Positions 1 through 9,715 are shown, counted from the first letter of the stretch. The stretch is 64,000 nucleotides of DNA from Octopus sinensis (GCF_006345805.1 NC_043024.1:2418001-2482000); one strand, 5' to 3'. Numbers and translations: made by a program. Notes: generated by a model from the sequence alone, not told the origin.

Positions 1-174
1 TGAGTTATAGTAAAAATAGTATCATATGAATGAGAGAACAACGTGATCACATTTATAACTTTGTTAAAGAAATTGATTGAACTGATATAGATAAATTACA
101 AAATAATTAAATCGATACATTATAAAATAATTACAGTGAGAAATATCACTCACTATCTACCATTTATTTACCAA

Positions 175-867
175 CTAGCATTAAAGACCCGTCGTTGCCG
201 GGTCATAGTGCTAGTGCATGTATATATGTGTACATATTACATGTACATCTATCTATATACATCTACACATAAAATGCAAAATACAAAGTTATATCTTGAT
301 ATCGCTAGTGATAACAATACTCAAAATATATAACAGACTGGAATTGTTAGCTCTTCTTTTTTCTCTACATTGTATACTTTATAGACAATAGTCTTTTCTT
401 TTCTTTAATTTTGTGTTATCCATCTGGACTATTCCATTTCTGCATGCTAATTATATTTTTAATTTATTCCCATTCATGTGAAACCACTTATTCAAGTTAA
501 AATCATTGATGCAATTTTATACCACTTGCTATTTTTATTTTACGATTATATTATACTTTAGTTTGATTTTAATTATTACTTTCTACATATAATTCAATTG
601 TTATTATTATTTTTATTGTTAAAGTGAAAGTATCTGACATAAAATAGAGAAATATTTTTGTTTCACTTTTAACGTGTAATACTGAAATAGTGGAGAAGAT
701 ATGATATTGCTATGGGCTCGCTCTAGGCAAGAAGTTTGCCGATGAGACTCTCCGGGCCCTAAGTAAGGCATGTGTAAAATTTGAATGAAATTGGTTGTGT
801 AGTTCTGAAGTTTTAGGGAAACACACAGACAGACAGACACACATTCTCAGTTTTATATATATAAAGA
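175..867 (-). mobile_element. Non-autonomous Helitron (family H1)
   Basis: Minus strand reads A|TCTTTATATATATAAA...GACCCG-GCAACGA-CGGGTC...CTAG|T: 5' TC, subterminal hairpin (186-204), 3' CTAG, inserted at AT with no TSD. Copies at 53241-53954 and, truncated, at 62141-62377. Confidence 0.75.
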
Positions 868-999
868 TTATTACCCTTATACAACCTGTTACCCACTGGC
901 CAAGATTTATACCAATATTAGTAATTAAAAAAATGTTTTAGTCTGTTGAGATGTTTTGGAAGAATAACATGTGATAACCTAACGATATGTCTTTTTCAT

Positions 1000-1078
1000 T
1001 CCTCTGATGAGATTTTGCCCAATTAAATGTTTTAATTATTGGAATTTCTTTTGAGCAAAATCGAAACAGCTGTAAGTG
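1000..1078 (+). ncRNA. Type-I hammerhead ribozyme-like motif (Penelope-type)
   Basis: CTGATGA (1004-1010), stem II GATTTTGC/GCAAAATC, GAAAC (1063-1067), palindromic ACAGCTGT stem III, GTA triplet (1072-1074); stem I is weak. Copies start at 54091 and 62378. Confidence 0.65.
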
Positions 1079-1154
1079 TACATGTTGAATTTTTGCAGTG
1101 AATAAACTATATTAATGCTACTTCTCTTTTTCCTGGATTTTAATTTCTATATAT

Positions 1155-1372
1155 ATCATCATCGTTTAACATCCGTTTTCCGTGCTAACAAGGGTTGGAC
1201 GGTTCGACCGGGGTCTGGGAAGCCAGGAGGCTGCACCAGGCCCAGTCTGATCTGGCAGTGTTTCTACAGCTGGATGCCCTTCCTAACGCCAACCACTCCA
1301 CGAGTGTAGTGGGTGTTTTTTACATGCCACCAGCACAGGTGCCAGGGAAATCTGGCAGCGGCCACAATCGGT
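1155..1372 (-). mobile_element. SINE-like repeat family S4 with (GAT)n tail
   Basis: Recurrent ...CATGGGTTGGACGGTTCGACCGGGGTCTGG...CAGCTGGATGCCCTTCCTAACGCCAACCAC element. Further copies at ~10838-11010, 22110-22400, 22515-22850, 23290-23545, 23850-23980, 24884-25035, 47458-47645, 54243-54470 and 62530-62757. Confidence 0.7.
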
Positions 1373-1384
1373 TATATATATATA

Positions 1385-1528
1385 TATAGTTAATCCAAAC
1401 AAGAAAGCACAAAAAAAAACAACAACGCGTGGACGTGGAAGAAATATAGTATTATTGGACGCTCAGGAATGAAGGATAGTTTAACGTTTCGAGCAGAGCT
1501 CTTCGTCGGAAACATAGGAGAAGGAAAG
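1385..1528 (-). mobile_element. Penelope-like terminal fragment with a degenerate hammerhead (1479-1513)
   Basis: Minus strand: GTTT-CCGACGA-A-GAGC-TCT-GCTC-GAAACGTT-AAAC (4-bp stem I, palindromic AACGTT), next to (TA)n. Further decayed copies near 47760, 54580 and 62887. Confidence 0.5.
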
Positions 1529-1603
1529 ATCTGCTGTTTATGAAATACCCGAAGTTATTGTGTTAAAAAGAGCAAGGACTAATGTTTACTTTGAAACGGT
1601 TGA

Positions 1604-2162
1604 TGAATGTTCCTCGTGCCATTCAGTGACAACTTTAGCTGTGTGAATTGGTGCATTATCATCCTGAAAGCTTGTGTTTCCCTCCAGAAGCAGATCCACA
1701 ACCATAGGATGAATTTGATCAGATAAAATGCTTAAATAGTCTTGGCTATTAATTCTGACATGAAGGGAAACCATTGGGCTGGCAGATTTCCAAGATATAG
1801 CTCCTCAGATCATTACAGATCCTCCTCCGCGTTTAACAGTTGGAAGAAGGCAGTCTGGGTCAAATGCTTCTTTTGGCTCTCTTCACACGTATACTCGGCC
1901 GATGGTCGGAAATAAAGTAATGGATGACTCGTCCTAGAAAATAACATTCTTCCACTGCTCTAGGGACCATTTCTGTAGGTTTTTACTCCACTCTAAACGC
2001 TTTGCAACTTTTGTTTTTGAAAGTAGTGGTTTTCTGATTGCAGCCCTCCCTTGAAATCTGGCTTTGTGCAGCCAGTTTTGTGGAAACTGGGTTCTTGAGG
2101 TGGTCATCAAGCCCTGCAGTAATTTTGGGGGCTGTACTTTAGTGATCCTTTCTAATAATTTG
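1604..2162 (-). mobile_element. Tc1/mariner transposase relic
   Basis: Translates to Tc1 motifs ...WKNVIF*DESS...TVKxGGGSVMIWGAISW...FQDDNAPIHTAK; contains stops, lacks the C-terminus and has no TIRs. Confidence 0.85.
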
Positions 2163-3009
2163 TTGAATTAATTAATTGTCATTTAAACCCGAAGCTAAGT
2201 AAAAATATTCAGGACTTTTGTTGAAGGAAGAGTTACTTCCCCTCGTCCATTAACCGTTCAGTCTTGCAAATTCCGTTTATTTCCTGCTATAGTTTCATAC
2301 AAATCTTTATCCCTTGATCAATTCCACTTCATAACTGATAATTATTAGGAGACCGGAATTAGATACGAAGGATTTCATATCTAACGCACAACTCAGAAAA
2401 AAGGAAGGACTAAAAAAAATTACTTAAAGTTATATAATTTCTTTCCCTGTTTCGTTTTCCTTTTCACTGCCCATTCCAATTTTTTTACTTCCCTCATTTT
2501 GCTATTAACCATTTCTTAATATCCTCACCATTTCCATCTACACCTAAACAGACATTTTTATACATCGTGGATCCCCGTCGTTCGCCGATGAGGATTCAGG
2601 TGTAAGACCAACTGAATCCCCTGCTCCGGAATTCCCGTGAGTCGCCGAGGATTCCGCTGGGATCATACAAGAACCTCTGCGACCCGAAGCTGACCTCTTT
2701 GGAATTCCTGGGTTCAGCACTTTCCCCTCTGTCCGATTTCATTCAGGTCAACTGGACACTGCAGAAAGTGTTATTTGCCCAAAGTGTCTCGCAGTAGGAC
2801 AGAACGAGGGACCTCGTGGTTGTTAAGGGATCTTTTTGACCATTCGGCCGTCCTCTGCCTACACACACACACACACACACGAAGCACCTGCTGAAGATGA
2901 CGTGCAACTTCCAAAGAAAGTTTTAACACTGGAAAACTTCAAGGTGCGTACGTCAAAGTTTATTTCTATAGCATATCTGTGCCTATCTATCTGTGTCTGT
3001 CTATCTATC

Positions 3010-3117
3010 GGTACTACTTGAGCAGAGTGGTCCTGGTGCGCGCACTCGCGTACTCGTGCATCCGCGCTAGCTAGTCATGACTAGTCGATCCTTACTTTGT
3101 GTTTTTGCGTTTTATTT
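3010..3117. mobile_element. Left half of GC-rich MITE
   Basis: Matches the left TIR of the complete element at 13744-13970; the right half is replaced by a SINE. Same arrangement at 26579. Confidence 0.65.
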
Positions 3118-3484
3118 AGTGGTTAGGGCAGCGGACTCGCGGTCATAGTATCGCGGTTTCGATTCCCAGACCGGGCGTTGTGAGTGTGTATTGAGCGAAA
3201 ACACCTAAAAGCTCCACGAGGCTCCGGCAGGGGATGGTGGTGATCCCTGCTGTACTCTTTCACCACAACTTTCTCTCACTCTTACTTCCTGTTTCTGATG
3301 TACCTGTATTTCAAAGGGCCGGCCTTGTCACTCTGTGTCACGCTGAATATCCCCGAGAACTACGTTAAGGGTACACGTGTCTGCGGAGTACTCAGCCACT
3401 TACACGTTAATTTCACGAGCAGGCTGTTCCGTTGATTCGGATCAACCGGAACCTTCGTCGTCGTAACCGACGGAGTGCTTCCAC
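3118..3484 (+). mobile_element. tRNA-derived SINE family S1, tail variant b
   Basis: Partial A-box AGTGGTTAG and B-box GGTTTCGATTCCC head shared with the SINE at 7920; copy at ~26731-27098. Confidence 0.75.
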
Positions 3485-3667
3485 TATCTGTCTGAAAAGG
3501 AAGTTGTTCCGCTTGAACGCACACAGAAACCTTCCAGTCTGGCCTTAGAAGATACAAAGAAGTAAAGACAACCCTTACTGCTATAAACATGGCCACCACC
3601 ACCAACATTCATGTTGGAAGCTTTAAAGCTGAAGAAAAGAATCGTCCTTTTCGAAGGAAGAACTGCT

Positions 3668-3675
3668 TCTATCTA

Positions 3676-3710
<35 letters not shown>

Positions 3711-3746
3711 ATCTATCATCTATCTATCTATCTATCTATCTATCTG

Positions 3747-3803
<57 letters not shown>

Positions 3804-3905
3804 TTGTGTCTATCTATCTATCTGTCTCTCTATTTATCTAATTGCCTACCTACATACCTATCTATCTACCGACCTATCTATCTACCTGTTTATCTAGCTA
3901 TCTCT
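3668..3905. repeat. (TATC)n/(TCTG)n/(TC)n compound microsatellite
   Basis: Directly visible; homologous tracts at ~14190-14375, 27283-27515 and 38586-38755. Confidence 0.95.
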
Positions 3906-3993
3906 CTTTACCCTGTTACTTGTTTCAGTCATGTGGCTGTGGCCATGCTGGAGCACCGCCTTTAGTCGATCAAATCGACCCCAGGACTTATTC

Positions 3994-4427
3994 TTTAAAC
4001 TTCGTATACTGGTAGAATGTGTTTATAAAACATCTTTTTCTCTTGGATTTCTTGAGAAAATTCTGTAGCTTGTAAGCTATTTGTTGTTTAATTTCTTGCA
4101 TTTCAGCAATTTCAACCAATCAATGACGTCTATTGAGGTGAATAATTGTAGCTTACAAACTACAGAATTTTCTCAAGAAAGCCAAGAGAAAAAGATGATT
4201 TATGTAACAAATTCTACCAGTATACGAAGTTTAAAAGTGTTTAGTTACCTAGAAATTATGTTAAAAACTGCTGTTCAAACCGAAAAGATAGGAGGGAACA
4301 GACAAGGACAGACAAAGGGATTAAGTTGATTACATCGACCCCAGTGCGTAACTGGTACTTAAGTTTAAAAGTGTTTAGTTACAAAGAAATTATTTTTAAA
4401 ATCTGCCAGTCAAAACGAAAAGATCCA
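3994..4427. mobile_element. Nested fragments of the GGATC-terminated MITE family (foldback)
   Basis: ~85-bp inverted arms (3994-4079 / 4149-4235) plus right TIRs ending GAAAAGAT(CC) at ~4289 and ~4426; same family as 8560-8957. Confidence 0.7.
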
Positions 4428-4490
4428 GGGAATCGAACTCACTAACTCGCGATTGATAGCCCGATGCGCTAACCACCGAGCCATGCGCCT
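4428..4490 (-). mobile_element. tRNA-like SINE head just upstream of the candidate promoter
   Basis: Minus strand TGGCTCGGTGGTTAG (A box) ... GAGTTCGATTCCC (B box); present in all five promoter-bearing units. Confidence 0.65.
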
Positions 4491-4607
4491 TCCGCTTAGA
4501 CAGTAACCATGGTGATAGTCAACAACAATATTACGTTCCCCCTTCCTTCTTAGTTTCGCTTTTGTGTCAGCAGCACTCTTTGTGGTTTCATATATTAAAG
4601 AGTCTAA

Positions 4608-4714
4608 GTCACATGACGCACCTTACTTCCGGCTTGTCACGTTTCCTCAATTCTTTGGAGACGAAATCGAAAGTAAATAAATATTTATTTATTTATTAAG
4701 CATCAGGGGTAAGT
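4608..4714 (+). promoter_or_regulatory. Candidate promoter and non-coding exon 1 of ZNF A1
   Basis: GTCACATGAC E-box palindrome (4608-4617) overlapping TGACGCA, ETS motif ACTTCCGG (4625-4632), then donor-like GTAAAT (4673) and GTAAGT (4709). The motifs are unchanged in five units. Function is inferred. Confidence 0.55.
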
Positions 4715-5088
4715 TATTATATATATATGTATATATATTGGAGAGGAATACGATCTGATTGAAGACGTTGTATAGCAAATACTGCGATTTATAGAAATGC
4801 CGTAGTTTGTTGTGTTTTGATGTAGGCTGGGCAGGAATGGAGTGGCGGTCAATCGGAATAGCGGATAACGTTATCAGCCGGTTATTGTTATCAAAATTAA
4901 TTGGTTCAGACTTTATATTTGTTTAACGTCATCTGTTAGGTGTTGGCCAATGCTGTACGGAAATGATCACAATAAGCGGCTTCCACTATATATATGATTC
5001 TTGTGAAATTCCTTTGTAATCGCCAACTTTTTTGTGTGTGTATGTGCATATATATGTATATACATATATATGTCTATATATGTATATA

Positions 5089-6780
5089 CTAGCAGTATCG
5101 CCCGGCGTTCCTCGGGTATGTTTCGATCCGCTGGAATTGTAATTTTGAAAAGTAAAAATTTTGTGATCATTTTTCTGGTCGAAATACACCGAAAAGTGGC
5201 GACACAGCAGTGAAAAAATCGTAAAAAATAGGGATTTTCATAGAAAAAAGCATCTTTTTGATGTAAATAATTTTTGGTACTAACATGGTCCGATTTGAAT
5301 TTTATGTTCTACGGAAGGAAGAGCAACCCTTCTTCTACCATACTCTCAATTTTGGTCAACTTGCGCCGCAGGGTCTCGGAGGAGATAGTGTTAGTTGAAG
5401 GTTACCATTCTAGGTGCCTGAGTAACAACCTCGCGGATTTACAGATAAATGAATTTATTACTATTTTACAGAATAAAATTAAATAATTCTTGAAAATTAA
5501 TTAATATTAATACTTTTTGAAGAAAGTAAATAATTTTTAAAACTTAAATAATAATTTTTTTTACACAAACGCGAACTTGGAAAAGGGGGTGGCGAATTCG
5601 ATTTACATACCTAAATTTTTTCTTTTTCATGACATTGTAGCAAAATAGTAGTGAATTATATAAATATCAGCAGTACATTTTTTTTCTGGGGTATTTTTTT
5701 TCAACCTCGTCACATATTTGCCCCTTTCAATTTAAACAAAGTCTTAATTAAGCAATTACGGCAGCTTAGCAATGGTTTCAATACAGGCGTGACATCTGTA
5801 TCTCAATTGTTCAAAACCCTTCGAATTTTTTCGCACGTGATGATATCATAGTGAAAACTTTCAATTACGCGCGCTTAGAAGTACGCTCGCAAATTAATAC
5901 TACCAAAATTTTGAAGTTCGCGCTCCGCTTGTGTGTGTGTGCATGCTTTAGGTGTACGTAGGTATGTGTTTTTGTGTGTGCGTGCTTTAGGTGTACGTAG
6001 GTATGTGTTTTTGTGTGTGTGTGTCACTGAAGCCATACATACATATATACATACATAACCTCTCTCTCTCTTTTCTCTCTCAGTCACTCACTACAAAAAG
6101 TGAATAAAAAAAGTTCAGTTATTTCTGTCTTTCACTCTGTCTGTCTCTTTACACACACTAACAAAAGCACTTCACTTACACACCACACTTTCTGTGTCGC
6201 ACAACCCATCAAACACACACACACACACACACACTCACGCACGCACACATGTACATCAATGCTTTCGGAGTGAAATGTTAAAATATTGAGTTTTCTCGAA
6301 TTTTGTCTTAATTGGGGGTGAAATTGAAAGAAATATATTATGGCATGACCGAATGGAGTACTTTGAAAAATCTTAGGTAAACTCTAATTGAAGAAATTGT
6401 GTGAGGAGTAAATCGTTATGTATTTATTTGTTTCTGTTTGCTGTGTTTTTTTATTTTTTGAGTAGTGGTTTAAATACTTTCAGTTTAGTCTTCCTCAAAT
6501 CACTCTGTCGCTATTTACTTTCATTTTATTCGGTGCACACTGTGTGTGTGCGTGTGGTGTAAACCACATTAAGAAAAGCATTTGACATACACACCAGAAT
6601 GTGAGTTTTCTGTAAATTTTTTCTTAATTGGAGTTTAAATTTTAAAAACTGGACCTGGCATGACCCGATGCATTCTACTCTTAAAAATGCTAGGTAAATT
6701 GTAATTGAAGAAATCCTATATTGTAGATTTCTATAAGTTACAAAGGGAGGCAGATAAAATCTGCCTTTTATAATAAGAGA
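5089..6780 (-). mobile_element. Non-autonomous Helitron (family H2) in the intron
   Basis: Minus strand A|TCTCTTATTATAAAAGG...CCCGAG..CGCCGGG...CTAG|T; the empty site is visible in B1 (~15565) and B4 (~56440). Confidence 0.8.
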
Positions 6781-7277
6781 TGTGTGCGGGCATGAGAATG
6801 CACGTATATATATAGACGTTTTTACTTAGTATTTTTCCATTATTTTGTGGGGGGGGGGACATATATATATCCATTTTTTGTATGTGCGTGTGTATGTATG
6901 CGTATATAAATATGTGTGGGTATGTACATATATGGGCGTGTGTGTGTGTATGAGTGCATAGGGGCATGTCCGTATATGAACGTGGTTTTTATGCTTTGTA
7001 TACTTCCTTATGTTTTTTTTTCTGTTACCTTTAACCATGGTTTTTCTTGTGTTTGTGCGTATATAGACGTATGTATGAACTTTTACGGTACGCATGTGTG
7101 TGTGTGTGTATGAGGTTGTATATATATGCGTATATATTTGGCGAAAAATGCGAGTGAAGATGTGTACGTTTCCGTGGTGACGTATAAGTACACACGTGGG
7201 TTTTCGCGCGCAGAATTATAATACAGTAATTTCCCTTTATATAACGGTATTTTTTCATAGCGTTTTTTCAGATGGCC

Positions 7278-7340
7278 AGATAACTGAAGAGATGGTGTTG
7301 TGGATTTCCACTTCGGCATCTGAAACTCGGAGTTTTATCT
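7278..7340 (+). ncRNA. Type-I hammerhead ribozyme-like motif in the ZNF A1 intron
   Basis: AGATAA-CTGAAGA-GATG...CATC-T-GAAACTC-G-GAGT-T-TTATCT: 6-bp stem I, extended stem II, 4-bp stem III, GUU triplet with predicted cut after 7334; one extra U before GAAA. Confidence 0.65.
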
Positions 7341-7471
7341 TGACTATTGAGTAAATGTAACATGTTATTTTATAGATAAATTTCCTCTATTTACATAATA
7401 TTGAGGTCTCTTTCTTTCTTTCTTTTGTTATCTTACCGTTTTACCAATATATATATAGCAGAGTAAAGTAA

Positions 7472-7563
7472 TTTATTTTATAGAAGGAGCTTCTACAGGA
7501 CTAGAACTGTTTCATCTGAATGAAACAGATCTAGTACTGTAGAAGCTCCTTCTATAAAATAAA
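7472..7563. repeat. 44-bp-arm palindrome (foldback)
   Basis: Arms 7472-7515 / 7520-7563, 2 mismatches, 4-nt loop; copies at ~16325-16415 and ~30871-30962. Confidence 0.9.
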
Positions 7564-7607
7564 ATAAAATATATATATATATATATATATATAAATATAT
7601 ATATAAA

Positions 7608-7820
7608 GGTGGCGAGCTGGCAGCAATATTAGCACAACGGGCGAAATGCATGTGTCTTTACGTTATTAGTTCAAATTCCACTGAGGTCGACATTGCTTTC
7701 ATCTTTCAGGGTCGATAAATTACGTACCAGGTATGCACTGGGGTCGATGAAATCGACTTAATCCCTATGTCTGTCCTTGTTTGTCCTCCCTATGTTTATC
7801 CCCTTGTGGGCAATAAATAT
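7608..7820 (+). mobile_element. SINE family S2 (GGTGGCGAGCTGGCAG... head)
   Basis: B-box GAGTTCAAATTCC; same position in every intron (16458, 31743, 41123, 48495, 57762); minus-strand copies in the 5'UTR region. Confidence 0.7.
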
Positions 7821-7919
7821 ATATATATATATCATCATCATCAACTGTTTCAAAGTAAACATTAGTCCTTGCTCTTTTTAATGCAATAACCTCTGGTATT
7901 TCATATACAGCAGATGTAA

Positions 7920-8286
7920 GTGGAGGCGCAATGACCCAGTGGTTAGGGCAGCAGACTCGCGGTTTCGATTCCCAGACCGGGCGTTGTGTGTGTTTATTGA
8001 GCGAAAACACATAAAGCTCCACGATGCTCCAGCAGAGGGTGGTGGCGACCCCTGTTGTACTCTTTCGCCCCAACTTTCTCTCACTCTTTCTTCCTGTTTC
8101 TTGTCCCCCGACTTCCTACGCAACCGCCGAGCCTGGATGCCCATTCATCCATCCGTCAATGCTCTCGGTGTCTGGGAGGCTGACCTGCTTTCTCTTCTGC
8201 GGGTCTTACGAATAGCAAAGGACCACGTTTCCGACTTCTTCCATCTTGCGAGCTCTGGGACGAAGACCGCTTCGCTCAACAAACAA
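7920..8286 (+). mobile_element. Full-length tRNA-derived SINE family S1, tail variant a, with 13-bp TSD
   Basis: A box TGACCCAGTGG, B box GGTTTCGATTCCC, (AAAC)n tail, TSD ACAGCAGATGTAA (7907-7919 / 8287-8299); present in all six A/B introns. Confidence 0.85.
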
Positions 8287-8559
8287 ACAGCAGATGTAAA
8301 TCGTAAATTCTTTGTTGGTTCAAAACTTTTGGGAATTTTTAGAAAACTCTTGTGAATTTGTAATTCATAGGATTGTGGAAAAACCAAAACAAAATTTTTT
8401 AAATTGCTGCGTGATTTAAGAGCTATTTAGCTATTATTTTTAGCACATCCCATGACTACCTTATAATCTCCTTGTTTGTTTGTCAGACTGACGTGTTAAC
8501 GTTTATTTGGCCAGCTAAAGGTTTATATCTCCAGTTTATCAGTATAAAAATGTAATCTC

Positions 8560-8957
8560 GGATTTTTTTGATTTGAACGGCAGTTTTTAACATAATTTCT
8601 AGGTAACTAAACATTTTAGACTTCGTAAACTGGTAGAATGTGTTTATAAAACATCATTTTCTCTTGGCTTTATTGAGATAATTCAATGGTTTGTTAGATA
8701 TTTGTTGTTCTTTTTTTCTTCAATTTCAACCTATCAATGACGTCTATTGAGGTAAAAAAAATCATTCTGTGCCGTATGAATATGTTCCTCGTTTAAGAAA
8801 CAGATTGGGTTTATTTACATTTGTGAAGAAAAAAGATACCTTTCCCCCTAACCCTAAAACAGATTGAAATGCAATAGATTGATACTAGGGTCATACTCAT
8901 GGGTGACAATTTCATATGACACCTCTAGAAAAACTGCCGTTCAAACCGAAAAGATCT
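8560..8957. mobile_element. MITE with GG(ATC) termini and 8-bp TSD (Merlin/Mutator-like)
   Basis: TIRs GGATT..TTTGAACGGCAGTTTTT / AAAAACTGCCGTTCAAACCGAAAAGATCT; TSD GTAATCTC (8552-8559 / 8958-8965). A-type introns only (also 32694-33091). The superfamily is an inference. Confidence 0.8.
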
Positions 8958-8999
8958 GTAATCTCTACTTTTCTAGTGAATTCTATATCTCATAATATT

Positions 9000-9016
9000 T
9001 CTTTTTTTTATTTCAG
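9000..9016 (+). promoter_or_regulatory. Splice acceptor for the ZNF coding exon
   Basis: TTTTTTTTATTTCAG; the AG is conserved at 17468, 33149, 42151, 49513 and 58789. Confidence 0.6.
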
Positions 9017-9300
9017 ATTATCAGACGATATTTAGCATAAAAGAATATTTTACATCGAGCACATCATGAATATATATGATATATTCTTTAAGACGCTACA
9101 CAGAAGAAATATTACCCTGTTTATATAAATCGATTATAGAATTGTAAAAGATTTTCTTTGGGTGTGTGATTATTAGCAGCATTTCTGTACTTTTCTGCCT
9201 GGAATGGGTGCAAGAAAACCAATCCTGTATTCTAATTAAACCTGGATTGCAAAGGGATTGGCAGCCCCCTCACATATTGACAATGATTACAGTTGATGGA

Positions 9301-9715
9301 AATAGTTATTTCTTTATTGCCCACTAGGGGGCTAAACATAGAGGGGACAAACAAGGACAGACAAAGGGATTAAGTCGATTATATCTACCCCAGTGTGAAA
9401 CTGGTATTTTATTTATCGACCCTGAAAGGATGAAAGGCAAAGTCGACCTTGGTGGAATTTGAACTCAGAACATAGTGGTAGACGAAATACCTACTTCTTT
9501 ACTACTCACAAGGGGCTAAACACAGAGAGGAGAAACAAGGACAGACAAACGGATTAAGTCGATTACATCGACCCCAGTGTGTAACTGGTACTTATATAAT
9601 CGACCCCAAAAGGATGAAAGGCAAAGTCGACCTTGGTGGAATTTGAACTCAGGACGTAACGGCAAACGAAATACCGCAAAGCATTTCACCCGGTGTGCTA
9701 ACGTTTCTGCCAGCA
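9301..9715 (-). mobile_element. Two tandem SINE S2 copies in the 5'UTR region
   Basis: Reverse complement of the 7608-7820 family; two copies in A1, A2 and B2, one in B1, B3 and B4. Confidence 0.75.

Noticed and set aside
3589-3897. Hydrophobic YLSI-repeat ORFs (also 14096, 27203, 38492)
   Set aside because: Translations of (TATC)n microsatellites.
7920-7985. Possible tRNA genes (A/B boxes; also 4428, 21141)
   Set aside because: No complete cloverleaf; they continue into SINE bodies with tails and TSDs.
7765-8387. ORFs of 60-140 aa recurring in each unit
   Set aside because: They lie in SINEs, and frames differ between copies; recurrence reflects duplication, not coding constraint.
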